Source of the DNA: an uncultured Erysipelotrichaceae bacterium
Lineage (GTDB): Bacteria; Bacillota_I; Bacilli_A; RFN20; CAG-826
Direction: 5' to 3'
Assembly (NCBI GenBank): GCA_902785645.1
Contig: CACZZG010000001.1
Location: 17,224 to 81,223, forward strand
DNA length: 64,000 nt
The translations under genes were made by a program, and so were the position numbers. A model generated the notes under the pieces. It did not search any database, was not told the origin of the DNA, and saw nothing but the letters and a program-made list of their open reading frames with translations. Position 1 is the first letter of the stretch. Every line of letters begins with the position of its first letter. This document shows, one piece after another, positions 7,952 through 17,024 of the stretch.

Positions 7952-9565
7952 ATGAAGAAAATCAAACGTTTAATTCAGGTAATCGCCTTATCTATTATTC
8001 CGGTTGCTTTATTAGGTGTTAACTTATTTAAAGCATCAGGACCAATGGCAAAAACCATTGCTTTAGGCGGTACTGGGACTAGTGAAGACCCAATTATTAT
8101 TTCCACTTCGGCTGAATTAGAAGAAGTAATGTCTAATGTCAATAGTGGGACAGATTACGCTAATAAATATCTATCAATCACCAATGATTTATCTGTTTCT
8201 TTGGTTGAAACTACTAATGGTAAGACATTTAGAGGTCATTTAGATGGCGGCAATCACACGATTACTTTATCCACTTCCGCAACAGGAACTTATGTATCAA
8301 TGTTTAACTGCGTTGGAAGTGTCGGTTCCGTTTCTAATATTGTATTTGCTGGAAATCTATCTGGTGTTGGAGCAAGATCATCCACTGTATGTTCTTGGAA
8401 TTATGGAACTATCAAAAATATCATTAATAACTGCCAATTAACTTCCACAAATGCCACTGGATATTTAGGCGGAATTGCTGCATCACAAATTGATAGTGCT
8501 GCTTCAATTCAGAATTGTGCAAATAATGCTGTTATTTCAGGCACCAAATATGTGGGAGGCATAGTTGGTAATTTAAGAGTAGGCACAATTTCTAATACTA
8601 CTAATAAAGGCAACGTTACGGCTTCTTCGACATCTGTTGCTGGCATTGCTGGTTTAATCGGACAAGCAAACAATAAAGAATTTGATGCAACAATAACTAA
8701 TTGTATTAACGAAGGTAATATTTCTGGAGCTGGACAGGTCGCAGGAATTGCTGGAGGTATATTCCCCAAATTGACTTGTGCAAGTTGTTCTAATTATGGT
8801 GATATTACAACAAGCACAAATAGCGGTGCTGGTGGCATTGCTGGATTCATCAATTCAAATATGTCTTCGACTTTCTCTTTTACTGATTGTTATTCTTCTG
8901 GCACAGTTACCACAAGCGCTGGATGGGCTGGCGGCTTATTTGGATATGCTAATAGTGCTTCTATTGGAACAATTAATTTCACTAATGTTTTATCTGCTTC
9001 AAAAGTAGTTGATAATAGCACAACGGGCAATATCGGTGGCTTTATGGCAGGCCAAGATTCTACAGCAGCTTTATTTAATTTAGTTAAATGCCAGTCCATG
9101 GCATCCATTTCTTATTCTGGCAGTAACGCTTTCTCTACTGGTATTGCTTTATCTAAAACCAAATTTGTTGCTGACGAAGATACTAATTTAGCGGTGAATG
9201 ATAAAGAACACGGAGTGGAATTATCTGATACCACCATTAAGTTAATAAGAGCTATTAGAGAATTTAATTGTTCATATGACTCTACAATGGCAAGTATCGT
9301 TTCTGCTGGTGTTGATAATCTTACTCCGGAAGAGATTGATGTTTTGTTTTTGACCATTCATTACGGTGCAAATGATTATGCCGAAACTTATTATGGATCT
9401 GCTTTATATATTAACGAATACTTATCTAACAATGTCAGCGGATTAAATAGAATAATCCCTGGTATAACAAATAATAATGCAGTGCTAATAGCTGTTATTG
9501 TTTGTATTTCCGCTATATTGGGATCACTCTCATTACTTTTACTAAGAAAAAGAAAAAGAATTTAA
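7952..9565 (+). CDS. GLUG-motif repeat surface protein with a C-terminal TM anchor
   Basis: RBS AGGAGG and an N-terminal signal. The entry module 'GTGTSEDPIIISTSAELEEV' is followed by repeated 'YVGGIVGN / VAGIAGLIG / AGGIAGFI / WAGGLFGY'. The C-terminal hydrophobic helix ends in RKRKRI. Confidence 0.75.
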   Translation: MKKIKRLIQVIALSIIPVALLGVNLFKASGPMAKTIALGGTGTSEDPIIISTSAELEEVMSNVNSGTDYANKYLSITNDLSVSLVETTNGKTFRGHLDGGNHTITLSTSATGTYVSMFNCVGSVGSVSNIVFAGNLSGVGARSSTVCSWNYGTIKNIINNCQLTSTNATGYLGGIAASQIDSAASIQNCANNAVISGTKYVGGIVGNLRVGTISNTTNKGNVTASSTSVAGIAGLIGQANNKEFDATITNCINEGNISGAGQVAGIAGGIFPKLTCASCSNYGDITTSTNSGAGGIAGFINSNMSSTFSFTDCYSSGTVTTSAGWAGGLFGYANSASIGTINFTNVLSASKVVDNSTTGNIGGFMAGQDSTAALFNLVKCQSMASISYSGSNAFSTGIALSKTKFVADEDTNLAVNDKEHGVELSDTTIKLIRAIREFNCSYDSTMASIVSAGVDNLTPEEIDVLFLTIHYGANDYAETYYGSALYINEYLSNNVSGLNRIIPGITNNNAVLIAVIVCISAILGSLSLLLLRKRKRI

Positions 9566-9568
9566 TTT

Positions 9569-11161
9569 ATGAATAAAGCAGTTCTATTCGCATTATCATT
9601 TGCTTTGTTAACGAGTGGTTATTCTTCTTTTGAGCATGCTTATAAAACTAGTGAAGCAAAAAATCAGATAGAAGAAATGGCTATTTCAAAAAATGATGAA
9701 CAATTAGTGTTTGATGTTTGGGATGGAACTGTAGCTTCTTCCTTTTCCAGCGGTTCTGGTAGCGTTAGTGACCCATATATTATTAATACCGCTAAAGAAT
9801 TGGCTTATTTTCGAACTAGCTTAGCTTTGAAAAATTATTATCAAAATAATTATATTATTTTAAACGCCAATATTGATTTAAACAATAATAGTTGGTCTGG
9901 CATTGGTGGAGGTACTAACGCTAAAGCATTTAAAGGTCATTTTGATGGAAACAATAAAATAGTTAAAAACATCAAAATGGATGTAACAAGCGAAAGAAAA
10001 GGTTTCTTTAATTCCAATACTGGAACCATATCTAACTTAAATATAGAAGCTTCTTTAAACGGAGGAGCTAATGGTAATACCTGCTATGGATTATTCATAG
10101 GAATCAATTACGGAGAAATAAATAATTGTTCCAGCAAAGGTGATGTCAATGTTATTGGTACCTATGTTTCTGGTTTTATTGGCTGTAATGCTGGTGGGAA
10201 ATTAACCAATTGTTCTTATTTAGAAGGAACAATATGTGGCACAAATTGTGTTGGTGGGATAGTTGGATATAACATGGTTTCTAGTGGTAAAATCGGTTCT
10301 TTATATAATTGCGTTAATTATGGCACTATTAAAGCCAATGATTACCCTGACCAAAATTATTCTGGTTTAGGTGGAATAATCGGTACTTGTGGCAGTGGAG
10401 CAAGTATTAATAATTGCACTAATTATGGCGATGTAATTGGCGGTGGCCAATCTGTCGGTGGAACGGGTGGAATAATTGGCAATAATTTTAATACCAATAT
10501 CTATAGTTCCATAAACGAAGGAAAAATTATTGCTAAACAAAAAGTGGGAGGCATCGTTGGTCATTGTAGAAATGCCTCTAATGTCAACGATTGCATTAAT
10601 AAAGGGCATATATATGGTGATGTTGCTGTCGCTGGAATAGTGGGGTATTGCCGATCTTTTATCAATAATTGCACCAATTATGGCGAAATTGAAGCTGACC
10701 AAAATAGAATATCTTATTGGACTGGCGGTATTGTTGGCATGCTCGGCTCTAATATAAGTGTTATTAATTCCACAAACAGCGGTTATGTTCACGGCTTAGG
10801 TTCTTCTTCTGGCGGTGTAGGTGGTATTGTAGGAAGTAATTATGCTTCCACAATTGATAAATGTACAAATAATGGCTTAATCCAAGGATTATATCGTGTT
10901 GGTGGCATATTAGGTTTTTCTCAAACCGCAACTGGTTTTGTTTTAAATTCCACGAACAAAGGCGATTTTAAATCTATTGCTAAATATGGATCAGTTTCTT
11001 TGGGTGGCATAGTTGGTTATAATCAAGCCACTGTTATTGGCTGCACAAATTATGGTAGCTATATAATTGAAGACGATATATCTATAGAAATGTATGGATA
11101 TATTATTGGCTATGATATTGCAGGAGATACCAAGGTATATAGAAATGTAAATAATGCTTAA
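9569..11161 (+). CDS. GLUG-motif repeat secreted protein, paralog of the previous gene
   Basis: Signal peptide followed by 'GSGSVSDPYIINTAKELAYF...FKGHFDGNNKIV'. There are more than 10 repeats of the 'VGGIVG/GGIIG' type. Confidence 0.75.
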   Translation: MNKAVLFALSFALLTSGYSSFEHAYKTSEAKNQIEEMAISKNDEQLVFDVWDGTVASSFSSGSGSVSDPYIINTAKELAYFRTSLALKNYYQNNYIILNANIDLNNNSWSGIGGGTNAKAFKGHFDGNNKIVKNIKMDVTSERKGFFNSNTGTISNLNIEASLNGGANGNTCYGLFIGINYGEINNCSSKGDVNVIGTYVSGFIGCNAGGKLTNCSYLEGTICGTNCVGGIVGYNMVSSGKIGSLYNCVNYGTIKANDYPDQNYSGLGGIIGTCGSGASINNCTNYGDVIGGGQSVGGTGGIIGNNFNTNIYSSINEGKIIAKQKVGGIVGHCRNASNVNDCINKGHIYGDVAVAGIVGYCRSFINNCTNYGEIEADQNRISYWTGGIVGMLGSNISVINSTNSGYVHGLGSSSGGVGGIVGSNYASTIDKCTNNGLIQGLYRVGGILGFSQTATGFVLNSTNKGDFKSIAKYGSVSLGGIVGYNQATVIGCTNYGSYIIEDDISIEMYGYIIGYDIAGDTKVYRNVNNA

Positions 11162-11162
11162 A

Positions 11163-11180
11163 TAAGAAGAAAAAACATAT
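11163..11180. repeat. 18-bp perfect direct repeat, copy 1 (TAAGAAGAAAAAACATAT)
   Basis: Identical 18-mer at 11638-11655. This copy starts 2 nt after the stop of the 9569-11161 gene. Confidence 0.95.
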
Positions 11181-11207
11181 TTATTAAATATAGATGGAGG
11201 CGGGTTT

Positions 11208-11615
11208 ATGAAAAAATCAAAGTTCAATATTGTAATAATTTTATTAGGTCTAGTTTTTGCAATTATTTCTTTTATTTTTATGTTTGTAAGACAAACAGAC
11301 GGGTACTATTCGATAGTTTCAACTGCGTTTGAGCAAAGATATCCTGGCTTGATTGTCATATTTATTCTAATGATTATCTTTCTAATCATCTCTGCGGCAG
11401 TTACTTTTTCATCTATTATTTACACCCCAACAAAAGTCAATATATTTGCAGGATGCTTTGGCGTTACATTATTTCTCACGTTTTTGATTGTTTATGCCAC
11501 AAATAAGGATAGCCAATTATTCAGTGGTGGAATGAATGAAGTTACCGCTAAATTCTTAATCTATTTAGGTATATCAAGTGTTCTATATATTGCATCAGGA
11601 ATTTTTAAAGAATAA
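11208..11615 (+). CDS. Small polytopic membrane protein (4 predicted TM helices)
   Basis: RBS GGAGG. Four hydrophobic stretches and no known motif. Confidence 0.6.
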   Translation: MKKSKFNIVIILLGLVFAIISFIFMFVRQTDGYYSIVSTAFEQRYPGLIVIFILMIIFLIISAAVTFSSIIYTPTKVNIFAGCFGVTLFLTFLIVYATNKDSQLFSGGMNEVTAKFLIYLGISSVLYIASGIFKE

Positions 11616-11637
11616 ACCCTATAAACAGCAAATTATC

Positions 11638-11655
11638 TAAGAAGAAAAAACATAT
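11638..11655. repeat. 18-bp perfect direct repeat, copy 2
   Basis: Identical to 11163-11180. It ends directly at the stop codon (minus strand) of the AraC-GH43 gene. Confidence 0.95.
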
Positions 11656-13422
11656 CTAAGCTTTATAATCAATAACTAAATCATGGTCATTGATATAAAC
11701 AGAAGAAATACAAGCACGTCTATCTGACGTGTTTTGTTTAATATTAGAAAAGACGTGATAAACACATTTCAGATTACCTTTTAAATCATAGAAAAATGAT
11801 AGATGTCCAGGTGAAGATATCACACCCTCTACACGACTAGTAATTGGGCCGTCTTTCTTTTTGATATATGGACCTAATATCGAATCACTTTTTGCGTATC
11901 CAGAACAATAATTAATATCTCTAAAGTTATTTGCGGAATAAGTGAGATAATATGTTCCGTCTTTATATATAACACTTGGTGATTGCACTCTTAAATATCC
12001 ATCTCTTGATTTCTTTTCCCATCTTTCGGTGGGAGCGATTATCTTATGTATATCACCGACAACTTCGCTTAAATCATCACTTAACTGTGCTCCGCATATT
12101 TCCAAAACATGTTTACCATCCATGGCTTTTGTCTTTCCCACAGCAAAGAATAAATAAACCTTTCCATCTTTATCAACAAATGGATGAGCATCGACAGTAT
12201 CGTTTTCTAAATTAATTAAAGGTTTATCTTTATTTAAATCTTGATACGGCCCAGTGATTTTATCTGATTTAGCAACACTGATATGAATGATGTTGTTTTC
12301 ACCTCTTGAAGAATAAAACAAATAATATTCGTTATGATATTTGATTATTTCTGGAGCCCAGAAATCGATTTTTCCAAAGCTATTTGTTTTATCTAAGACA
12401 TCTCCTAATAATTCGTAATATTTCATATCTTCACTGACATAACAGTGGAAGTTATATCCATTTCTAATTGTGGTGAACATATAATATTTGTTATTTTCGA
12501 CGATGATAAATGGATCTCCGATATTACTGACATTTGTAAATAATATCTTTTTAGTTTGTTTGGCCATCAAAGGTGAACTGTGATTGGCTTTACGATACGC
12601 GAATGGTCTTAGGCCGGTTTCTTTCTTACAATCTTTAATAAAGGCTTGTTTGTTTTTATATCCCACATTGACAAAGATGTCTTCAATAGATAAATAACTG
12701 CTTTTTAAAAGTTGTAATGCTTTATTTAAGCGGTATTTTGCGAGGTATTTCTGTGGCGATAATAAATTTTCTTGTTTAAATAAATGACAAAAGTAGTGGT
12801 AAGAAATATGAAGTGAATCAGCGAGATCTTGAATCGATAAATCACTATTTTGATAATTGTTTTCAATATACTCTATAGCTTTTTGAGTAATCTTAGTTTT
12901 CTTTGTTTCGGAAGGATTAATTATTTCTAATAACAAAGAATATATCAATGTGGATAATTTCTTTTTATCCACTTTATTATGATTAACTTCAACAACAATA
13001 GAGTCTATGACATCTTTAATATTTGAATCATATTCCATGATGTTTTTGTTTTGTGTTTGATATTCGGAATAAAAATGAGAAATGTTATTGCCGGTCATCA
13101 ATATATACCAACATTCAACTTTTTCTTTTCCAGGGCATTTCCAGTGAGTCTCTTCTCCGGCCTCTCTAAATAAGCATTCACCCTCATTTAATTCGATTTG
13201 GAAATCATTTTGTTCAAATAATAATGTTCCATGATTAACGATAATAAACATGTAGTGGCTGGCATATGATATGAGTCTTATTTCTTCTTTTGGTGATATT
13301 TCTAATACCCCAAATCTTTTAATTCCATAAAGAAAAGGAGAATAAACTATATCTTCTTCTGAATAGATATTTTTGGCTTTTCCTAACCAGCTATAAGGTG
13401 TATTTGTTTCAACCTTTCCCAT
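11656..13422 (-). CDS. AraC-family regulator (cupin plus HTH) fused to a C-terminal GH43-like five-bladed propeller domain
   Basis: No signal peptide. The HTH region includes 'IQDLADSLHISYHYFCHLFK' and 'VGYKNKQAFIKDCKKETGLRPFAYR'. GH43 blocks are 'IGDPFIIVENNKYYMF', 'FWAPEIIKYHNEYYLFYS', 'VDAHPFVDKDGKVYLFF' and 'VQSPSVIYKDGTYYLTYS'. Confidence 0.8.
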   Translation of the reverse strand: MGKVETNTPYSWLGKAKNIYSEEDIVYSPFLYGIKRFGVLEISPKEEIRLISYASHYMFIIVNHGTLLFEQNDFQIELNEGECLFREAGEETHWKCPGKEKVECWYILMTGNNISHFYSEYQTQNKNIMEYDSNIKDVIDSIVVEVNHNKVDKKKLSTLIYSLLLEIINPSETKKTKITQKAIEYIENNYQNSDLSIQDLADSLHISYHYFCHLFKQENLLSPQKYLAKYRLNKALQLLKSSYLSIEDIFVNVGYKNKQAFIKDCKKETGLRPFAYRKANHSSPLMAKQTKKILFTNVSNIGDPFIIVENNKYYMFTTIRNGYNFHCYVSEDMKYYELLGDVLDKTNSFGKIDFWAPEIIKYHNEYYLFYSSRGENNIIHISVAKSDKITGPYQDLNKDKPLINLENDTVDAHPFVDKDGKVYLFFAVGKTKAMDGKHVLEICGAQLSDDLSEVVGDIHKIIAPTERWEKKSRDGYLRVQSPSVIYKDGTYYLTYSANNFRDINYCSGYAKSDSILGPYIKKKDGPITSRVEGVISSPGHLSFFYDLKGNLKCVYHVFSNIKQNTSDRRACISSVYINDHDLVIDYKA

Positions 13423-13524
13423 AGCAAAATACTGTACTTTTTTCGCAAATAAGTCAATTGTTTAATTAACGCGCACCTAATACAATTAAAAATGAACTTA
13501 AACTTCTTTTTTGGAGGTAACTTT

Positions 13525-14775
13525 ATGACAAAAAGAAAATTAGTTTTAGGTGTAACTGCGATTGCTTTAAGCACCGCTGCAGTATCCATGACTGCAATTG
13601 CTTTAGCAAAAAAAGATTACTTAGTTAAATCTACACAACAAGAAGACTATCAAAATACATTAGTCTTTAACGCAAGTAATATGACTAGTGGTAGTGGCAG
13701 CGTCACCATTAATGGCAATACCTTTAACTACACAGGTGTTACTGTTAGTAATAATCAATTATCATTTGCCGCTGGTAGCACATTAGTGTTTGATGGTGAA
13801 TCCGGTAGTTCCATGTCAGCAAGTGGAATGGTTGGTGGTAGCTTTAAATCATTAACTCTTACCTCTATCGGTGCTTGTGAATTCACATTCACTCTTAATG
13901 GTGTTACTGGTTTAATCGCTGAAGCCGAAGATGGTGAAACCATCACCCATTATATGAATAATCCAAAATTTAATGCAGAAATCACTGATGGTTCATTTAC
14001 TACAGATGCTTTATATCTCAAATATGACTGTGTGGCACCTGAAACAGAAACCAAAGTATTGTTCTTGGGCCATGATGAATTAATAAGTAGTTCAAATCAC
14101 CCAATTATGGACAGGTATACAAGCCTCATGGAAGGTTTAAATCAAACTGTCACTTGTATGACTCCAAAAACAAGAACAGATAAATATTCTCTCAGCGTTC
14201 TAGCTGATTCTTCTACAAAATCATCAAAGAGTATGACAAATGTATTAAACGAGAACGACTTTAACACTATCGTTATTCAAGTTTCACGTCGTGTTACTCC
14301 TTCTGCTTTAGATGTTATTGAATCAGAATTAAATGCTTTAAGAACTCTTAAAGATCAACTTTTAGCAGAAACAAGTGACATCATTATTTATGCTCCTCTT
14401 AGTGGTGCAAATCCAACAATCTATACCGTCCCAGAATCTGGTTCTATTTATACAGAAACAGGAAACACTGAAATGAAAACACAATTAGAAATGGTTCAAT
14501 TCTATGATCTCTATGCTGCTCGAATGGCAAGAATCGTTAATGGCAAAGTATTCCGTGATGGTGCAGCATTAATTTCATATGAAAATAGTGTCTCCCAACC
14601 AAAAGATAGCGGAAGAGAATATACAACCGCCTGTTCATTATATGGCGCCATCTATAATCGTGCAGTTCCTGCTGCTGGTAGTTGGAATAATGGATGCACA
14701 GCCAATGCTGCTAAGATTATTAGAAACGTTGCTCATAAAATTAACGTATTAGGTGAAGACATTATTTCTGAATAG
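13525..14775 (+). CDS. Membrane-anchored surface protein with a degenerate SGNH-like C-terminal domain
   Basis: The RBS GGAGG precedes the ATG at 13525, so the ORF-track start at 13492 is unlikely. There is an N-terminal hydrophobic anchor. The C-terminal half is paralogous to the second half of the next gene ('VLFLGHDE...IVIQVSRRVTPSALDV'). Confidence 0.6.
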   Translation: MTKRKLVLGVTAIALSTAAVSMTAIALAKKDYLVKSTQQEDYQNTLVFNASNMTSGSGSVTINGNTFNYTGVTVSNNQLSFAAGSTLVFDGESGSSMSASGMVGGSFKSLTLTSIGACEFTFTLNGVTGLIAEAEDGETITHYMNNPKFNAEITDGSFTTDALYLKYDCVAPETETKVLFLGHDELISSSNHPIMDRYTSLMEGLNQTVTCMTPKTRTDKYSLSVLADSSTKSSKSMTNVLNENDFNTIVIQVSRRVTPSALDVIESELNALRTLKDQLLAETSDIIIYAPLSGANPTIYTVPESGSIYTETGNTEMKTQLEMVQFYDLYAARMARIVNGKVFRDGAALISYENSVSQPKDSGREYTTACSLYGAIYNRAVPAAGSWNNGCTANAAKIIRNVAHKINVLGEDIISE

Positions 14776-14796
14776 TATTAATCATTGGAGTCTTAT

Positions 14797-16413
14797 ATGA
14801 AAAAGAGTTTTAGATTAATATTAGCTGGTTTACTTACTCTTGGTTTATTATCCGCTTGTAATACAAGAAAAGAAGAATCATCCAAAGAGCAACCACAGCC
14901 ATCTAGCAGTGAACGTGAAGATCCACACGATAGAGATCTTGATGATCCTTATAGAGTGCTTTTCTTAGGCAATTCATTAATATTCTTTAATGACATGCCA
15001 AAAATGTTTGAAGACTTATGCATTTATGATGGCATTCCAATGTATGTTGATTCAGTTACACAAGGTTCTTGTACAATGTCCTTATTAGCGACAACACAAA
15101 CAAGTATTGGATTACAAGCTTATAAGAAACTAACTGAAGAGACATGGGACTATGTCATTATTGAACCTTCGAGAAGAGCGACACCTTTTGAAGATTCAAT
15201 TTATGAAGCTGAATTAGAAGCCGCGGTAGTGTTAGATCAATTAGCACAAGATGCTGGTGCAGAAACACTTATTTATTCCGTATGGGGATTAAATAAAGGT
15301 GAAACCGGTGTTTATCAACAAGTCGGATATGATTCCATTAAAACAGGTACACATGCGATTACTAGATCTGCGCATTGTAACTATATGAATTGGTTTGGAG
15401 AAAAAGTCTCTGAAAGACTCGGCGGTCGTCAAATCATTAAAGCGGGATATGCTTTTGAAAACTCTATTGCGACATTCCCAAGCACAAATATTTATTACAC
15501 AGATGATCAACATCCAAACGCTACCGGTTCATATTTAGTGGCTTGTACTATCTTTGATACGATGTTTGGTTTAGAAAGTAGTGGTTTAGATTATAAATCT
15601 ACAGTACCCGCTCAAACAGCGGCTAATATGCAATCTATCGCAGATATGACTGTAGTTAATGGTCTAGTTCCTACTTTAGATCCAATTCCAGATAAAGACG
15701 ATCCAATTGAACCAGAAGAAGAATTTGATCAAACAGTCTTATTCGTCGGTGCACCGACAATTATGCGTGACGACTATAAAGCCGCAGATAACTTTGTTGC
15801 TTTAATGGATAACTTAGGTAAAAAAGTTCGTGTTATTGGCGTTTATGATTCTAGTTACACGATGAAGATGATGGCGACAAACGGTTCCACAAAGAATAGT
15901 GAACTACGTGCAGCCTTAGGTACATATCAATTTGACCAGATTGTTTTACAAATATCTCGTCGTGCGACATTGCATTCCACAGATGTCACCGCAGCAGAAA
16001 CATCATATTGTGAAGCCTTAAAAGATTTATTACATTCAGAAACTGATAATATCTTTATCTTCGCTCCTAAAGGAGAAGCCTCACAATATACATTCTTTAA
16101 TACTGGTGATAACTACACTAAAGGTAGTAAAGAAACTGCGACAAATGCCGAAATGTGCCAATATTATTCTGATTTAGCGGTAACTATGGCCACTAAGATT
16201 AATGGTAAAGCCATCAAATATTCTAGTGCGTATCGTGAATATGCTGAGGGTTACACTCAAGATAAAGCGGGCGTTGGTTATTTATATCAATGTTGTTTCT
16301 ATAACTCATTCTTCAATAAAGCCCTTCCTGATACATGTACATGGAATAATGGTGTTACCGATGAAAACGCCGCAATATTAAGAGGAATTGCCGCAAAATA
16401 CTGCTTACCATAA
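14797..16413 (+). CDS. Lipoprotein with two tandem SGNH/GDSL-like hydrolase domains
   Basis: Lipobox 'LLSAC'. Domain 1 has 'VLFLGNSLIF', 'YSVWGLN' and 'DDQHPN'. Domain 2 has 'VLFVGAPTIM' and lacks DxxH. Confidence 0.65.
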   Translation: MKKSFRLILAGLLTLGLLSACNTRKEESSKEQPQPSSSEREDPHDRDLDDPYRVLFLGNSLIFFNDMPKMFEDLCIYDGIPMYVDSVTQGSCTMSLLATTQTSIGLQAYKKLTEETWDYVIIEPSRRATPFEDSIYEAELEAAVVLDQLAQDAGAETLIYSVWGLNKGETGVYQQVGYDSIKTGTHAITRSAHCNYMNWFGEKVSERLGGRQIIKAGYAFENSIATFPSTNIYYTDDQHPNATGSYLVACTIFDTMFGLESSGLDYKSTVPAQTAANMQSIADMTVVNGLVPTLDPIPDKDDPIEPEEEFDQTVLFVGAPTIMRDDYKAADNFVALMDNLGKKVRVIGVYDSSYTMKMMATNGSTKNSELRAALGTYQFDQIVLQISRRATLHSTDVTAAETSYCEALKDLLHSETDNIFIFAPKGEASQYTFFNTGDNYTKGSKETATNAEMCQYYSDLAVTMATKINGKAIKYSSAYREYAEGYTQDKAGVGYLYQCCFYNSFFNKALPDTCTWNNGVTDENAAILRGIAAKYCLP

Positions 16414-16440
16414 GCATAAGCAATATTAGATTTATTAAAG

Positions 16441-16470
16441 CCTTCTAATCAAATTGTTGGGAGGTTTTTT
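16441..16470 (+). terminator. Probable rho-independent terminator
   Basis: Stem CCTTCT/GGGAGG (with G-U pairs), a 12 nt loop, then TTTTTT. Confidence 0.45.
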
Positions 16471-16515
16471 AATTATCATTTACATTTGTTCTATCTTATA
16501 AAATAGAATAACTAT

Positions 16516-16962
16516 ATGAAGAAACTATTTATCACTTTATTAATTCCATTCTTATTAGGCTGTAATTCTAATAAAGAGAGTGTAACTAGTGGATCAAATA
16601 AAACATCTATACAGGATAGTGATATGAAATTAATAATTGATAATAAAGAACTTAACGTTACTTGGGAAGATAATGCTTCTGTTAAAGAATTAAAAGAATT
16701 ATCTAAAGATAAGATAACAATAAATATGCATAAATATTCCACTTTTGAACAAGTGGGACCATTAGGTCACACAATTACTAGTCATGATGTAGAGATGACC
16801 ACATCTCCTGGCGATATTGTTTTATATTCATCCAATCAAATTGTCGTGTTCTTTGGAACTAATACCTGGGGATACACAAAACTTGGTCATATCAATTTAA
16901 ATCAATCTGAATTAAATGATTTATTAAATAAAGAATCAGTCACTTTAGTGTTTACTATTTAA
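16516..16962 (+). CDS. Cyclophilin-like-fold lipoprotein (Cyclophil_like2-type)
   Basis: Lipobox 'LLGC'. 'LNVTWEDNASVKELKEL...TTSPGDIVLYSSNQIVVFFGTN.WGYTKLGHI' resembles the small cyclophilin-like family. Confidence 0.5.
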   Translation: MKKLFITLLIPFLLGCNSNKESVTSGSNKTSIQDSDMKLIIDNKELNVTWEDNASVKELKELSKDKITINMHKYSTFEQVGPLGHTITSHDVEMTTSPGDIVLYSSNQIVVFFGTNTWGYTKLGHINLNQSELNDLLNKESVTLVFTI

Positions 16963-17024
16963 TACATTTTGTTATACAACGCTATTATGTATAATTAACT
17001 CAATAAATTAAGGAGATACAAACT

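Noticed and set aside
10367-10792. A 141 aa antisense ORF inside the second GLUG gene. Similar long antisense or out-of-frame ORFs occur at 27691-28170, 38737-39126, 47354-47806, 57946-58323 and 59989-60375.
   Set aside because: Each is fully embedded in a longer ORF with clear family motifs. Their translations are low-complexity or repeat shadows, they lack RBSs, and repeat-rich coding DNA commonly leaves such frames open.
8400-10900. Periodic short DNA repeats that could superficially suggest a repeat array or CRISPR.
   Set aside because: The periodicity is the coding repeat of GLUG motifs (GGxAT(T/A)G(C/T)TGG-type codons) within intact ORFs. There are no constant-length direct repeats with unique spacers and no cas genes.
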